From positions 1-64,000 of IMG/VR virus record IMGVR_UViG_3300044623_001154: a DNA stretch of 64,000 nt; one strand, 5' to 3'. The DNA comes from a virus (Duplodnaviria; Caudoviricetes). How positions within the stretch are numbered: position 1 is the first letter of the stretch; each line of letters opens with the position of its first letter. Shown here one piece after another: positions 28,572 to 37,880 of this stretch. The notes below the pieces were generated by a model. The model was not told the DNA's origin. It was given only the letters and a program-made list of their open reading frames with translations, and did not search any database. The translations under genes were made by a program, and so were the position numbers.

Positions 28572-28937
28572 ATGAAGTTTAAAGAAATAAAGTATAGTGA
28601 AATTAAGTCAAATATCTATGATAGATTCATTGATATGTTGGTTAAGAACACGTCGTTTTCTGATGTATATGATTATACTAATGGTGAAATGTACGATTTT
28701 GTCTCACATATTAAGTTCCCATTTTATGATGATGGTTATGAATTAAAGTTTAAAAATTCTGAGTCATGGTCAATGAATGTTCCTCCAAGATACCATTTGG
28801 AACAAATGTTAATGGTTGTTGGTGTCGATTCTAATGAGGACCCAAAGATTTCTCAATCCATATATTTAGAATATGTTGATAGACTTGAAATCAAAGTTAA
28901 GGACTTTATAAAACAATTTATGGAATATGAAGGTTAA
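28572..28937 (+). CDS. Hypothetical protein
   Basis: ORF after TATTTATA. Confidence 0.7.
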   Translation: MKFKEIKYSEIKSNIYDRFIDMLVKNTSFSDVYDYTNGEMYDFVSHIKFPFYDDGYELKFKNSESWSMNVPPRYHLEQMLMVVGVDSNEDPKISQSIYLEYVDRLEIKVKDFIKQFMEYEG

Positions 28938-29247
28938 GGTTAATAAAGAAATGTTGAGGAAAGCATCTAATATGGTGTTTGATACTTATTATTCAGATAT
29001 TGATGATATCAATGATTATAATCTTGATAGATTCATGTATTACAGAACTGACGGTAAAATAAAATTACAGGTTAGAGAATACAATGGACTAAAGTATTTG
29101 GCGTTTTATAAACAAGATAGAGATTCTATTCAAAACATGGTACCGATAAGTGATTATATGTTTGATAAATTACTTAAAGAATGGTTCATAAACAAATACA
29201 ACGTCGATATTGATTCTGTGTTATTACCATTTAATAGAAATGAATAG
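28927..29247 (+). CDS. Hypothetical protein, W-F family
   Basis: LLKEWFINKYNVDI. Confidence 0.7.
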   Translation: MKVKVNKEMLRKASNMVFDTYYSDIDDINDYNLDRFMYYRTDGKIKLQVREYNGLKYLAFYKQDRDSIQNMVPISDYMFDKLLKEWFINKYNVDIDSVLLPFNRNE

Positions 29248-29794
29248 AAAAGAACAAATAAGGTCTATGATAGATAGTATGGGTGTTTTTGAAGTTTCAA
29301 AAATAATTGGATTACCTGTGTTTGATTTAATCAAATATTCGGATTACCCGATTAATCCTACGATTATATATGAAGTTATCCAAGAGTATTTTACCGAAGT
29401 TAAACAAAGACCTGGTGGACGAATTTATTATAAAGAATTTTCAATATATTATGAAAAATTTGAAGGTGTTGTGGTATGGAATGACGGGGTTTATGTTGAT
29501 TCCCATGGTGGTGGAACATCTTTTCAATTTTATGCAACCCCATTTTGGGATGGTTTATCAATTATACCAATTAATTTGACAGATGTTTATGTTGATAATA
29601 TTGACGGTGATGAACCAATGTCTATCATTGATGAAATTGGCGAAGAAAACTATTATGATTATATTGATATTGATTATAAAAAATTTGATAGTCTTGATAA
29701 ATTAATAAAATGGCTTGAGACTGATTATTTAGAATTGACTTATAATCAAATAAAAAAAATAAGGTCCAAAGTAATTAATGAATATAAATTATAA
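29240..29794 (+). CDS. Hypothetical protein with helix-G-helix N-module
   Basis: IRSMIDSMGVFEVSKIIG; FYATPFWDG. Confidence 0.7.
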   Translation: MNRKEQIRSMIDSMGVFEVSKIIGLPVFDLIKYSDYPINPTIIYEVIQEYFTEVKQRPGGRIYYKEFSIYYEKFEGVVVWNDGVYVDSHGGGTSFQFYATPFWDGLSIIPINLTDVYVDNIDGDEPMSIIDEIGEENYYDYIDIDYKKFDSLDKLIKWLETDYLELTYNQIKKIRSKVINEYKL

Positions 29795-29835
29795 AGGGTA
29801 ATGACAGTCACCCTTTTTTTTATTATACTTATTTC

Positions 29836-30225
29836 ATGGAAATTAATAGAAAACACATTTATTTAATTGATAGTATCTTTAACACATTTTTTCCAGGTGT
29901 TGAGTATGTTATTGAATCTGAGAATAGTTTAGTGTATTTGTATAATATTCGTTTAACAAACGCTATAGGTAAAATATACGACCCAATGTCATTTGACCCC
30001 ATATATAGATTTAGTTCAAATACGTATTATAGTGAAAATGATTTTATAATAGTATTTCGTGAATTCGCAGTTTCGTTATCAGGTTTAATCTTAGTGTATT
30101 ATCCTCATTTAAATGACAACAAAAAAACTTCAATAATTGTTACACCAAGTCAAACAAAAAATAGAGACTACGGAATATATGCCGCAATTACTGACCCACA
30201 TAAAAATAGATTTGAAAATCATTAA
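29836..30225 (+). CDS. Hypothetical protein
   Basis: 129-aa ORF. Confidence 0.6.
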   Translation: MEINRKHIYLIDSIFNTFFPGVEYVIESENSLVYLYNIRLTNAIGKIYDPMSFDPIYRFSSNTYYSENDFIIVFREFAVSLSGLILVYYPHLNDNKKTSIIVTPSQTKNRDYGIYAAITDPHKNRFENH

Positions 30226-30262
30226 CAGTTTAAAAAAAATAAACATCAATTATATTTAAGTT

Positions 30263-30448
30263 ATGGATAATGAACAAAAAGCAGCAATTTACGGACGACT
30301 TCTAAATGAGCACACGAGGTTACAAAATGAAATTTCCTCAGTTAAAGGAGAATCTTTTGATTTGAATACTGAACAAAGAAATAGAATTAAACAACTTGAG
30401 CAAACGCAAATAAGAATTATGAACGATATTAATCGTTTATTACGTTAA
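30263..30448 (+). CDS. Small coiled-coil protein
   Basis: Heptad pattern; followed by a terminator. Confidence 0.65.
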   Translation: MDNEQKAAIYGRLLNEHTRLQNEISSVKGESFDLNTEQRNRIKQLEQTQIRIMNDINRLLR

Positions 30449-30499
30449 TCTAAACCCCACCCATGAGTGGGGTTTTTAATTTTACGGATATTTATTAAT

Positions 30500-30925
30500 A
30501 TGAAAATAATAATTACTGAAAGACAATATCGACAATATAAATCATTATTAGAACAAAGTGTTTATGATGAAGAAGATGACGATGATGATAATTACTTGAA
30601 TAATTATCGTAGTGCAGAACCTTTCGATAAAGAAGGTATGGTTGTTAAAGGTGAAGTTGGTTCAATACCAATCAAGTTTACATATTCTGAAGAGAATACT
30701 ACTGAGAATGGGGAAATCGAATATTTCGGTGAAATCCAATTTTATGGTGACGAATTTTTAGGGATAATAATAACCGACAAACGTGGTTATTTAGTTAACG
30801 TTGATTTTTATTCAACACTATCTGATGATGACGTTAGATTACAAAAAGTATTAAAAGAAATGGGTCTTTATTTTGAATTTGAACATTGGATAGATTCAAC
30901 AGTAATCCCACAAATCCAAGATTAA
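30500..30925 (+). CDS. MKIIITE leader protein
   Basis: MKIIITERQY...LLEQ. Confidence 0.75.
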   Translation: MKIIITERQYRQYKSLLEQSVYDEEDDDDDNYLNNYRSAEPFDKEGMVVKGEVGSIPIKFTYSEENTTENGEIEYFGEIQFYGDEFLGIIITDKRGYLVNVDFYSTLSDDDVRLQKVLKEMGLYFEFEHWIDSTVIPQIQD

Positions 30926-30927
30926 TT

Positions 30928-31224
30928 ATGAATGAGTTAGAAAAAATTAAGTATTTGTTTCAATACAAAAAAGGTGTTGTAATTAGTGAACAAACGATTC
31001 CACCCCCACCACCTGATACTGTGGGACCTACGTCAGGAGCGACTTCAGGTGATACATCAGCGGTTACAACAACGACAACAACAGTTAAACCTGTTAGTCC
31101 TGATAAATTGAGGGATTGTTCAGGATTTAATTCGGGAGGTAAACTAACTAAAGGTGAGGAAACAAAAGAGTTTATCATCTTTAACAATGAAAAAGGAATA
31201 CCCGTTTGTAAAAAAACAAAATAG
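30928..31224 (+). CDS. Leader-variant protein (VISEQ) with Pro/Thr-rich linker
   Basis: MNELEKIKYLF.YKKGVVISEQ, PPPPP, TTTTTT. Confidence 0.7.
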   Translation: MNELEKIKYLFQYKKGVVISEQTIPPPPPDTVGPTSGATSGDTSAVTTTTTTVKPVSPDKLRDCSGFNSGGKLTKGEETKEFIIFNNEKGIPVCKKTK

Positions 31225-31271
31225 AAATTTAAACCCCTTGATTATCGAGGGGTTTTTTATTATGGTTATGT

Positions 31272-31571
31272 ATGGAGAATCTTAACGTATTATACCAAAA
31301 CATTAATCGGTTAACTAAAATAAAGTATTCTGAAGTAAATGGGGTTTCAATAAAACTTGAACATCGTAGTAATCCATTCAATCCTATAGGTAAGTATGAT
31401 TATAAGATTGTGGTATTTGAGGTTGATATAAATGATGAAACTCCTTTTAGTAAAACATTATTACAAGAGATTAGTAACCATATTGGAATAATTGTTAAAA
31501 TGTTATTATCTGAATGTGATTTTATTAGGGTATATTTCAACGGTATATTACAATGTAACCCCTCTTATTAA
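31272..31571 (+). CDS. Hypothetical protein
   Basis: 99-aa ORF. Confidence 0.6.
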   Translation: MENLNVLYQNINRLTKIKYSEVNGVSIKLEHRSNPFNPIGKYDYKIVVFEVDINDETPFSKTLLQEISNHIGIIVKMLLSECDFIRVYFNGILQCNPSY

Positions 31572-31604
31572 AAAATTAACTATTTATAACAATACTATTG
31601 AATT

Positions 31605-31787
31605 ATGGAAAACCAAGTAGAGAGACAGATTAATGAATTAGAAAAATTAATTTTGTTTTATGAGAATTTAGGTGAAACTAACAATCACATTGAGAATTAC
31701 AAAAAACAATTATTCATTCAATTAGATGAATTAAAGAACCCAAAGGTGGAAACTACCGATGAAAAACAAAATCAAACTGAGGTTTAA
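31605..31787 (+). CDS. Small hypothetical protein
   Basis: ORF after TATTTATA. Confidence 0.55.
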   Translation: MENQVERQINELEKLILFYENLGETNNHIENYKKQLFIQLDELKNPKVETTDEKQNQTEV

Positions 31788-32127
31788 TTTAGGTAGGGGA
31801 AAAAACTACCTTAAATGGAAAATTGAATATCCTAATTCAAAACCAATGTATCTTGACCCTAGTGAAGTTAAATTGGTTTTGGAAGGGTGTTTATTAAAAA
31901 ACTACAAGAAGACGGCACAACGTATATATGACGGGTCAAATAAGACCGTATGTTCTTGGGTTATCTGTGATAATATCACTATTAATGAACCAACACCTCA
32001 TCTTGGTGGAAAGGTTATATCTTATAACCCCAAATTAAATCCTTATTGGGTTTACGAGGGGAACGATGCCGATAATTTTACGTTTGAAACTATAATCTCA
32101 GATGGTGGAGAATTATTCGTTATTTAA
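31759..32127 (+). CDS. Conserved phage hypothetical protein
   Basis: RFNLGRG.NY.KW...A..I..G.NKTVCSW..C...ISYNP motif. Confidence 0.7.
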   Translation: MKNKIKLRFNLGRGKNYLKWKIEYPNSKPMYLDPSEVKLVLEGCLLKNYKKTAQRIYDGSNKTVCSWVICDNITINEPTPHLGGKVISYNPKLNPYWVYEGNDADNFTFETIISDGGELFVI

Positions 32128-32138
32128 TATTTATTAAT

Positions 32139-32579
32139 ATGAAAATACTAATCACTGAAAATAAATTTAAAGATGCAATTAAATTAAGTTTAAAAGAGTT
32201 AGGAACTGAATCAACAATTGATAATGTTGGTGGGTGGGAGAACTTTTGTAAAGTAATGAACATTGAGGGTTTTATGGATTTCTTACACTTATTTGATGAT
32301 TTGGAACAAGTTCAATCTGAGGAAAGAGAACATTGGACGTTATTTCGTTATAAAAAAGGTAATAACTTAATGGTTTACGATAGAAAAAGTAAGGAAGTTT
32401 ACATTAGTAAAAAAGAAATTTGGTCGTTTTTGGGCGGTAAATTTGATTTAACTTATCCTGTTGTTCAGGCAGTTACAAAGAAGTGGTTGGGTGAGGTCTA
32501 CAATTTGAGGGGAATCAGAACAGAAATTACAACCACAAACAACCGAAGCCCCTACAAAGGTTCGTGCCAAATTACTTAA
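32139..32579 (+). CDS. MKILITE leader protein (GG module + W-x-x-E domain) ending in a CRISPR-like repeat
   Basis: C-terminal W|LGEVYNLRGIRT is encoded by a 36-nt GTTG...AAC repeat. Confidence 0.8.
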   Translation: MKILITENKFKDAIKLSLKELGTESTIDNVGGWENFCKVMNIEGFMDFLHLFDDLEQVQSEEREHWTLFRYKKGNNLMVYDRKSKEVYISKKEIWSFLGGKFDLTYPVVQAVTKKWLGEVYNLRGIRTEITTTNNRSPYKGSCQIT

Positions 32580-32650
32580 AGGGGAATCACAACAGAAATT
32601 ACAAACACAAACAACCTCAGTTAGTTGGGTGAGGTATAGAATTTAAAATA
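32486..32650 (+). CRISPR. Degenerate CRISPR-like mini-array, repeat GTTGGGTGAGGTCTACAATTTGAGGGGAATCASAAC (36 nt)
   Basis: Full repeat 32486-32521; partial repeat ending GGGGAATCACAAC at 32593; exactly 30-nt spacer 32594-32623; terminal truncated repeat at 32624. Confidence 0.6.
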
Positions 32651-32689
32651 TTTATTGATATTCAAGTTGACTTTATTTATTATTGATTA

Positions 32690-32923
32690 ATGAAACAATC
32701 AATTGTCGAACAATTTTTCAAAATAATGTACCCCGACTTAGATATTAAAATCAAAAACTATGAATTAATGCCAAGATTTGATTTTAATGAGAAGGGACAA
32801 TTTGTAGAAGGTGATTCGGCTATATTTATAGATGTTATTACTAATAGTTTATTTGACGAATATCTTGTTGGTAATGAATTAACACAATTTACAGGTTATG
32901 AATTTTCAATAACCAGATGTTAA
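32690..32923 (+). CDS. Small hypothetical protein
   Basis: 77-aa ORF. Confidence 0.6.
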   Translation: MKQSIVEQFFKIMYPDLDIKIKNYELMPRFDFNEKGQFVEGDSAIFIDVITNSLFDEYLVGNELTQFTGYEFSITRC

Positions 32924-32935
32924 AAAAATATTAAA

Positions 32936-33211
32936 ATGAGAACACTATTAGAAACGGCTTATTCAAATTATTTAACTCAGGTTGAAAGTACTCTTACAAT
33001 TGAAGAATTTAAATATAAATTAACGATTGACGATACATTTGACTCAGAATGGTCTAATGGTTGTACAAGAACATTAACTTTTGATGAAAGATATGCTTTA
33101 GGTGAATCCATTGAAGATGTTAGAGTTGCAAAAGTTCAAAAATACGGGGAGGCTTATATAACAGTATATCTAAATGAATTTAACATACCTAAACGAGACA
33201 TTATAAACTAA
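32936..33211 (+). CDS. Small hypothetical protein
   Basis: 91-aa ORF. Confidence 0.6.
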   Translation: MRTLLETAYSNYLTQVESTLTIEEFKYKLTIDDTFDSEWSNGCTRTLTFDERYALGESIEDVRVAKVQKYGEAYITVYLNEFNIPKRDIIN

Positions 33212-33227
33212 TTAAAACTTACATACT

Positions 33228-34601
33228 ATGAAAAGACTATTTTTATTAATTACAATTTTGCTGGTTTCACAATTCTTATCGGCACAATATTGTGGAATAG
33301 CTACTACAAATGTTGCAATAACACCAACTACTACTGTACAATATAGTACGACATATAGTTCTGGTAGGAGAGCATTTAATTTTGTAGCCACTGCTGGTAG
33401 TGAATATACATTTTCAACAGTAGGACAATCAACTGTTGATACCTACCTTAGATTATATTCTACAGGTACGGGTGGTACACTTTTAGCAGAAAGTGACGAT
33501 TATAATAATACCCAATCTGAAATAACATGGTATTGTTCAACTTCTGGAACTTATTCTGTGTTACTTACTAGATGGACATCAAGCAATACGTGTGCTGCTC
33601 TTAATGGAAATGCTCGTATTAAATACCAAAAGGGTAATTCTAGCGGAGGTACCGTTGTAAGTATTGGTGGTGGAGAAGTCAGTGATTACAATGTTCCTGC
33701 AAATCATTATTACAAATATGGATGGACAGATATGATTTATCTACAATCAGAAATTAATACTGTTGGTAGTATTACAAAAATTCGTTTTCAAGTTGACCCA
33801 TTAACTGCGATTCCTTATACGGCAACAAATCAAAAGATTTATATGGGTCACACCACATTATCATCATTTCCATCTTCTACAGTAAAAGAGAATGCTCAAA
33901 CGAATTACGTATCTTCCAATTATACATTAGTGTATGACGGGACTGTAAGTTGGACAGTTGGGTGGGTTGAAATTGTGTTACAAACTCCTTTCCCTTGGAA
34001 TAACACAAATAATTTACTTATTAAGTGGGAAAATAGAAATAATGCCTATACATTTGATGAACCATGGTTTTATTATACATCAAAAACCAATACAGTTGCA
34101 TATAAAGTTTTAGATGCTTCATACCCTACTGCTGATGGTGTGAGAGGTAGTTTAAGACCTAACATTAAAATTGCATTAGCCGACCCAGTTGGATTACCTA
34201 TTGAATTATTATACTTTAAAGGTAAAAAAATGGATGATGGTAATTTATTAGAGTGGGAATCAGCAACTGAATTAAATAATGATTACTACACGATTTATAG
34301 AAGTAACTATCCAATTGATTGGGCCGAAATTGTTAAAATTGATGGTGTCGGAACATCAACCTTTTCCAACCACTATCACTATTTAGATAGAGATTTTTCA
34401 AATGATGTCAATTACTACTATTTGACTCAAACTGATTTTGATGGTAAAACAAAAAAATATGAAATCATATCAATTGATAATCGTTATATTGTTTCTGAAT
34501 TAGTTCGTATAACCAATATATTAGGTCAAGATATTAATTTTGATACACCTGGTTTAAAAATATTTTATTACACTGACGGAACAATTGTTAAACGATATTA
34601 G
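33228..34601 (+). CDS. Secreted beta-rich protein (PPC-like domain) with Bacteroidota T9SS cargo-type C-terminus
   Basis: Signal peptide; DTYLRLY..LAESDD (PPC-like); LPIELLYF...LEWESATELNNDYY; C-terminal ITNILGQ..GLKIFYYTDGTIVK. Confidence 0.75.
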   Translation: MKRLFLLITILLVSQFLSAQYCGIATTNVAITPTTTVQYSTTYSSGRRAFNFVATAGSEYTFSTVGQSTVDTYLRLYSTGTGGTLLAESDDYNNTQSEITWYCSTSGTYSVLLTRWTSSNTCAALNGNARIKYQKGNSSGGTVVSIGGGEVSDYNVPANHYYKYGWTDMIYLQSEINTVGSITKIRFQVDPLTAIPYTATNQKIYMGHTTLSSFPSSTVKENAQTNYVSSNYTLVYDGTVSWTVGWVEIVLQTPFPWNNTNNLLIKWENRNNAYTFDEPWFYYTSKTNTVAYKVLDASYPTADGVRGSLRPNIKIALADPVGLPIELLYFKGKKMDDGNLLEWESATELNNDYYTIYRSNYPIDWAEIVKIDGVGTSTFSNHYHYLDRDFSNDVNYYYLTQTDFDGKTKKYEIISIDNRYIVSELVRITNILGQDINFDTPGLKIFYYTDGTIVKRY

Positions 34602-34647
34602 ACACCATTCATTTTTTTTACTATCTTTATAAAAAAAAAGATGGACA

Positions 34648-35034
34648 ATGGACAAGAATGAAATGGACCAATTTTTAGAATCAATTGGTGGTTTAGAAAA
34701 CGGATTTTTTACAGATAGAGAACCTATCGTCGATAGTGGATTCTTTGGTGTTAATCAAGGATGGTTCCCAATAATAAAATCCTTAATCGAAGACTTAATC
34801 AAATTGGGGTGGGACAAACAAATTACTCAAGTTAAAGAGAAGTTTGGTGGTCTAAGATTTTATATCAACTCAGGTAGTGATGAAATCCATCAAAGAATAT
34901 TACAGGCTGAAAACGAAAGTTACGAGACTTGTGAGGTTTGTGGTAAACATGGTGAACTAAGAAAAGATATTGGATGGTATTTCACATTATGTGATGAACA
35001 TTATAACCTTAAAAAAAATAAAAATGAAATTTGA
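34648..35034 (+). CDS. Conserved phage protein with C-terminal Zn ribbon
   Basis: GW..II..L, QVKEKFGGLRFY, TCEVCG...TLCDEH. Confidence 0.75.
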   Translation: MDKNEMDQFLESIGGLENGFFTDREPIVDSGFFGVNQGWFPIIKSLIEDLIKLGWDKQITQVKEKFGGLRFYINSGSDEIHQRILQAENESYETCEVCGKHGELRKDIGWYFTLCDEHYNLKKNKNEI

Positions 35035-35212
35035 TTTATCTGAAGAACAAATCACTAAATTAGATGAGTGGAAAAAAGCAATTAAAATTGTTTATGGTGA
35101 ATATGGTTTATTCACATATAGTTTCTCACCAACAGGTATTGGTACAAGTGTTGAAGTATTCAGTGATATTGCAAAGACATCAATTGATTTAACAGAAATT
35201 GATAAGTGGTAA
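35024..35212 (+). CDS. Small phage hypothetical protein
   Basis: G.FTYSF.PTGIG...IDLTE.D.W motif. Confidence 0.65.
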   Translation: MKFDLSEEQITKLDEWKKAIKIVYGEYGLFTYSFSPTGIGTSVEVFSDIAKTSIDLTEIDKW

Positions 35213-35490
35213 AAAAAATAGAAACTATGATAAAATTAGGACTGATTAACTATGAAGGTGATTGTTTAAGAGCAATTAAGAAAGGTGATAAAATAATTAT
35301 CAAAGACCAACACGGTGAAGAATTAGAAACGACAAATGTTAAAGGTTTGTTAGAGTTCTTAGATGGTTATAGAAATATAACTGATAGTGAAGGTAAAAGT
35401 TGGGATTATAATGACGTACATAAAGACGCCAAACCTAAGTATTTAAAAATATACGAATTTTTAATCAAATTTCCCAAGGAAGATTTATGA
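35206..35490 (+). CDS. Hypothetical protein
   Basis: Coupled ORF. Confidence 0.6.
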   Translation: MVKKIETMIKLGLINYEGDCLRAIKKGDKIIIKDQHGEELETTNVKGLLEFLDGYRNITDSEGKSWDYNDVHKDAKPKYLKIYEFLIKFPKEDL

Positions 35491-35520
35491 GGTAATAACT
35501 AATTATATTAAAAGAAAAAT

Positions 35521-36162
35521 ATGATTAGATTTATTTTATTATTATGTACGATGGTAAGTTTACCATTGTTTGGTCAATACAAAGTTGATACAACAATTAT
35601 AAACGAGGCTTACACATCTTACGTTAATAAAGAATTGGGACAGGCATTATATGTCAAATACAAGTTATATAAAGGGGGTGGAAAGTGTCTAAGAGCCTCC
35701 AATTGGGTAAACGATACAAAACTAATTTTAGTTAATGAGAACCAATATAAAGGGACTCTATACGATAAAGGACATTTGGCTAACGCTGAAGATTTTGCTT
35801 ACAATTGTCATCTTGATTCGTTAACGTTTAGAGATTATAATAGATTACCACAAATAAGAAAATTAAATCGAGGTCTTTGGAAAACAACTGAAACCGAAAT
35901 TAGAAAAATGTCTCAGACCGATTCGTTAATGATTTATACTGGCGGATATTGGGGAACCCCAAATATAGTTGTGAATGGAATGAAAGTTCCTTCAATTTGT
36001 TGGAAGGTAGTTTATAGTTTATCATTAAAAAAAGTTGTACTGTGCTCATTGTTTTATAACAACGACACACCTGTTAAAACTGATACTAACTTAGGGAATC
36101 TTGAATTAATGTTAGGGTTTTCTTTAGGTGTTTATACTGAATCAAAAAAAAAGAAAAAGTAA
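35521..36162 (+). CDS. Secreted DNA/RNA non-specific endonuclease (NucA/EndA family)
   Basis: Signal peptide; YDKGHLA, N..PQ...LNRGLW...E, VP...WKVVY. Confidence 0.88.
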   Translation: MIRFILLLCTMVSLPLFGQYKVDTTIINEAYTSYVNKELGQALYVKYKLYKGGGKCLRASNWVNDTKLILVNENQYKGTLYDKGHLANAEDFAYNCHLDSLTFRDYNRLPQIRKLNRGLWKTTETEIRKMSQTDSLMIYTGGYWGTPNIVVNGMKVPSICWKVVYSLSLKKVVLCSLFYNNDTPVKTDTNLGNLELMLGFSLGVYTESKKKKK

Positions 36163-36163
36163 T

Positions 36164-36370
36164 ATGACCAAATTTAAAAATGTGAGTTTGGAAATCTCCA
36201 ATAAATTGTCTACATTGCAATATGAATGGGGAGATATCTCGGATATCGGAAATGAAATTGGGATTATCCTTGGTAAATACATTGATGAAAATGACCAAGG
36301 ATGGGATAAGGATAGCTTTATTGCTGGTTTAAATCACGGTATATCTCACACAGACGGAACACATTGTTAA
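36164..36370 (+). CDS. Small hypothetical protein
   Basis: ATG 36164. Confidence 0.55.
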   Translation: MTKFKNVSLEISNKLSTLQYEWGDISDIGNEIGIILGKYIDENDQGWDKDSFIAGLNHGISHTDGTHC

Positions 36371-36386
36371 ATTAAATAAAAATAGT

Positions 36387-36974
36387 ATGAAAAAGTTAGT
36401 ATTCGGTATTTGTTTGATGTTATCATCATTAATTTTTGGACAAGGGGATGGTGAAGACATACCTTATTACGAATTGTATTGGATTAAAACTGTAACATTT
36501 GGTGATAATACTATTGAAAAAGTTAGGCTAATTCAGGGCGACCCAAGTCCTGAATATTTTAAAAAAGAAAACATCACTAAGTGGGACACTATTGGTGTGT
36601 TATCGTATATGGGGAGACAAGTTATTGATTCATTAAACAAACTTAGAGTTAGTGAAGGATTATCCGTGATTACTAATGATGATGAGTTTGCCGAAGATGA
36701 ATACGGTTATGCTGAAGAAAGTATCTTTGATTTTTACGGTAGAAGACAAACACCTTTGATGGTAACCGACATCTATTATGATACGGGTGAATGTACTTGT
36801 GTTAATGACATTATTGCCGAAATAACATCACATAAAGATATTATGAAACGAGTATTATCTAAACGAAATAAAGTGTTAAATGTTTGTGTTCTTTTAGATA
36901 AAAAAACAAATGAGTTTAACATATACATCCAAGTAAAAAGATTATTCACTTTAAGTTATTTCATAGGTAATTAG
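36387..36974 (+). CDS. Secreted protein, degenerate CAP-like
   Basis: Signal peptide; LNKLRVSEGL ... SH..IM..VLS. Confidence 0.55.
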   Translation: MKKLVFGICLMLSSLIFGQGDGEDIPYYELYWIKTVTFGDNTIEKVRLIQGDPSPEYFKKENITKWDTIGVLSYMGRQVIDSLNKLRVSEGLSVITNDDEFAEDEYGYAEESIFDFYGRRQTPLMVTDIYYDTGECTCVNDIIAEITSHKDIMKRVLSKRNKVLNVCVLLDKKTNEFNIYIQVKRLFTLSYFIGN

Positions 36975-36975
36975 T

Positions 36976-37179
36976 ATGAAGAAAAAAAGATTTAAGATTG
37001 ATATCCCTGAAAAAATAATCGGAATGTCATTTAACAACGCTAAAGTTTATTGTTTATCTGAAGGTTATAGATTATATTTACCAGAAGATAACACGGGTGA
37101 TTTAAATATCACTTATATTATAACGGTTAAAGAAACTGACAGTGATGGTAAAATTTTAAAAGCGAATTACGGAATATGA
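36976..37179 (+). CDS. Small hypothetical protein
   Basis: IIGMSF..A..YC...GY.. Confidence 0.55.
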   Translation: MKKKRFKIDIPEKIIGMSFNNAKVYCLSEGYRLYLPEDNTGDLNITYIITVKETDSDGKILKANYGI

Positions 37180-37880
37180 AGAAAAAGATTGTGGTATTCA
37201 CAGGTGCTGGTGTCTCAAGGGAGAGTGGTGTCCTAACATTCCGAGATAGTGTTGATGGATTGTGGGAAAATCATAATATTGACGATGTTTGTACTCCTTC
37301 AGGTTGGAAGAAAGACCGTGAGAAAGTATTGAACTTTTATAACGATAGACGTAGACAATTACCAACAGTTGAACCAAACTCAGCACATACTGATTTGGTT
37401 AAATTAGAGGACAAATATGACGTAACAATCGTTACCCAAAATGTTGACGACCTACATGAAAGAGCGGGTTCATCAAAGATATTACATTTACACGGTGAGT
37501 TGACTAAGGCTCGTGGGTCTTTATCTACTAATCAAGATACCATTCGTGATATTGGATATGGTGATATTAATATTGGGGATAAGTGTAAATACGGTTCACA
37601 AGTAAGACCCCACATTGTTTGGTTTGAAGAAATGCCGTTCAACGTTGAGGAAAGTTACGACGCAATTATTGATACGGATGTCTTAATTATAATCGGAACT
37701 AGTTTGATGATTGGTTATACTTTGAATTTATTATCAAGTGTTAGTGATGATTGTAAAATATATTACATTGACCCCCAACCAAGTAGATACTTAGACAAGT
37801 ATGGTAAAAATGTTACTTACATTGAGAAACCAGCAACAGAGGGGGTGATGTCAGTTGTTAATGAATTAATGAATGAATAA
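37176..37880 (+). CDS. cobB: NAD-dependent protein deacylase (sirtuin, CobB-like)
   Basis: TGAGVS.ESG..TFR, PN.AH, TQNVDDLHERAG, HLHG, RPHIVWF.E, IGTSL. Confidence 0.92.
   Translation: MKKKIVVFTGAGVSRESGVLTFRDSVDGLWENHNIDDVCTPSGWKKDREKVLNFYNDRRRQLPTVEPNSAHTDLVKLEDKYDVTIVTQNVDDLHERAGSSKILHLHGELTKARGSLSTNQDTIRDIGYGDINIGDKCKYGSQVRPHIVWFEEMPFNVEESYDAIIDTDVLIIIGTSLMIGYTLNLLSSVSDDCKIYYIDPQPSRYLDKYGKNVTYIEKPATEGVMSVVNELMNE

Noticed and set aside
37176-37880. Sirtuin as a Thoeris/DSR-type defence NADase
   Set aside because: Motifs are those of stand-alone CobB deacylases, with no fused or adjacent TIR/SLOG/HerA partner.
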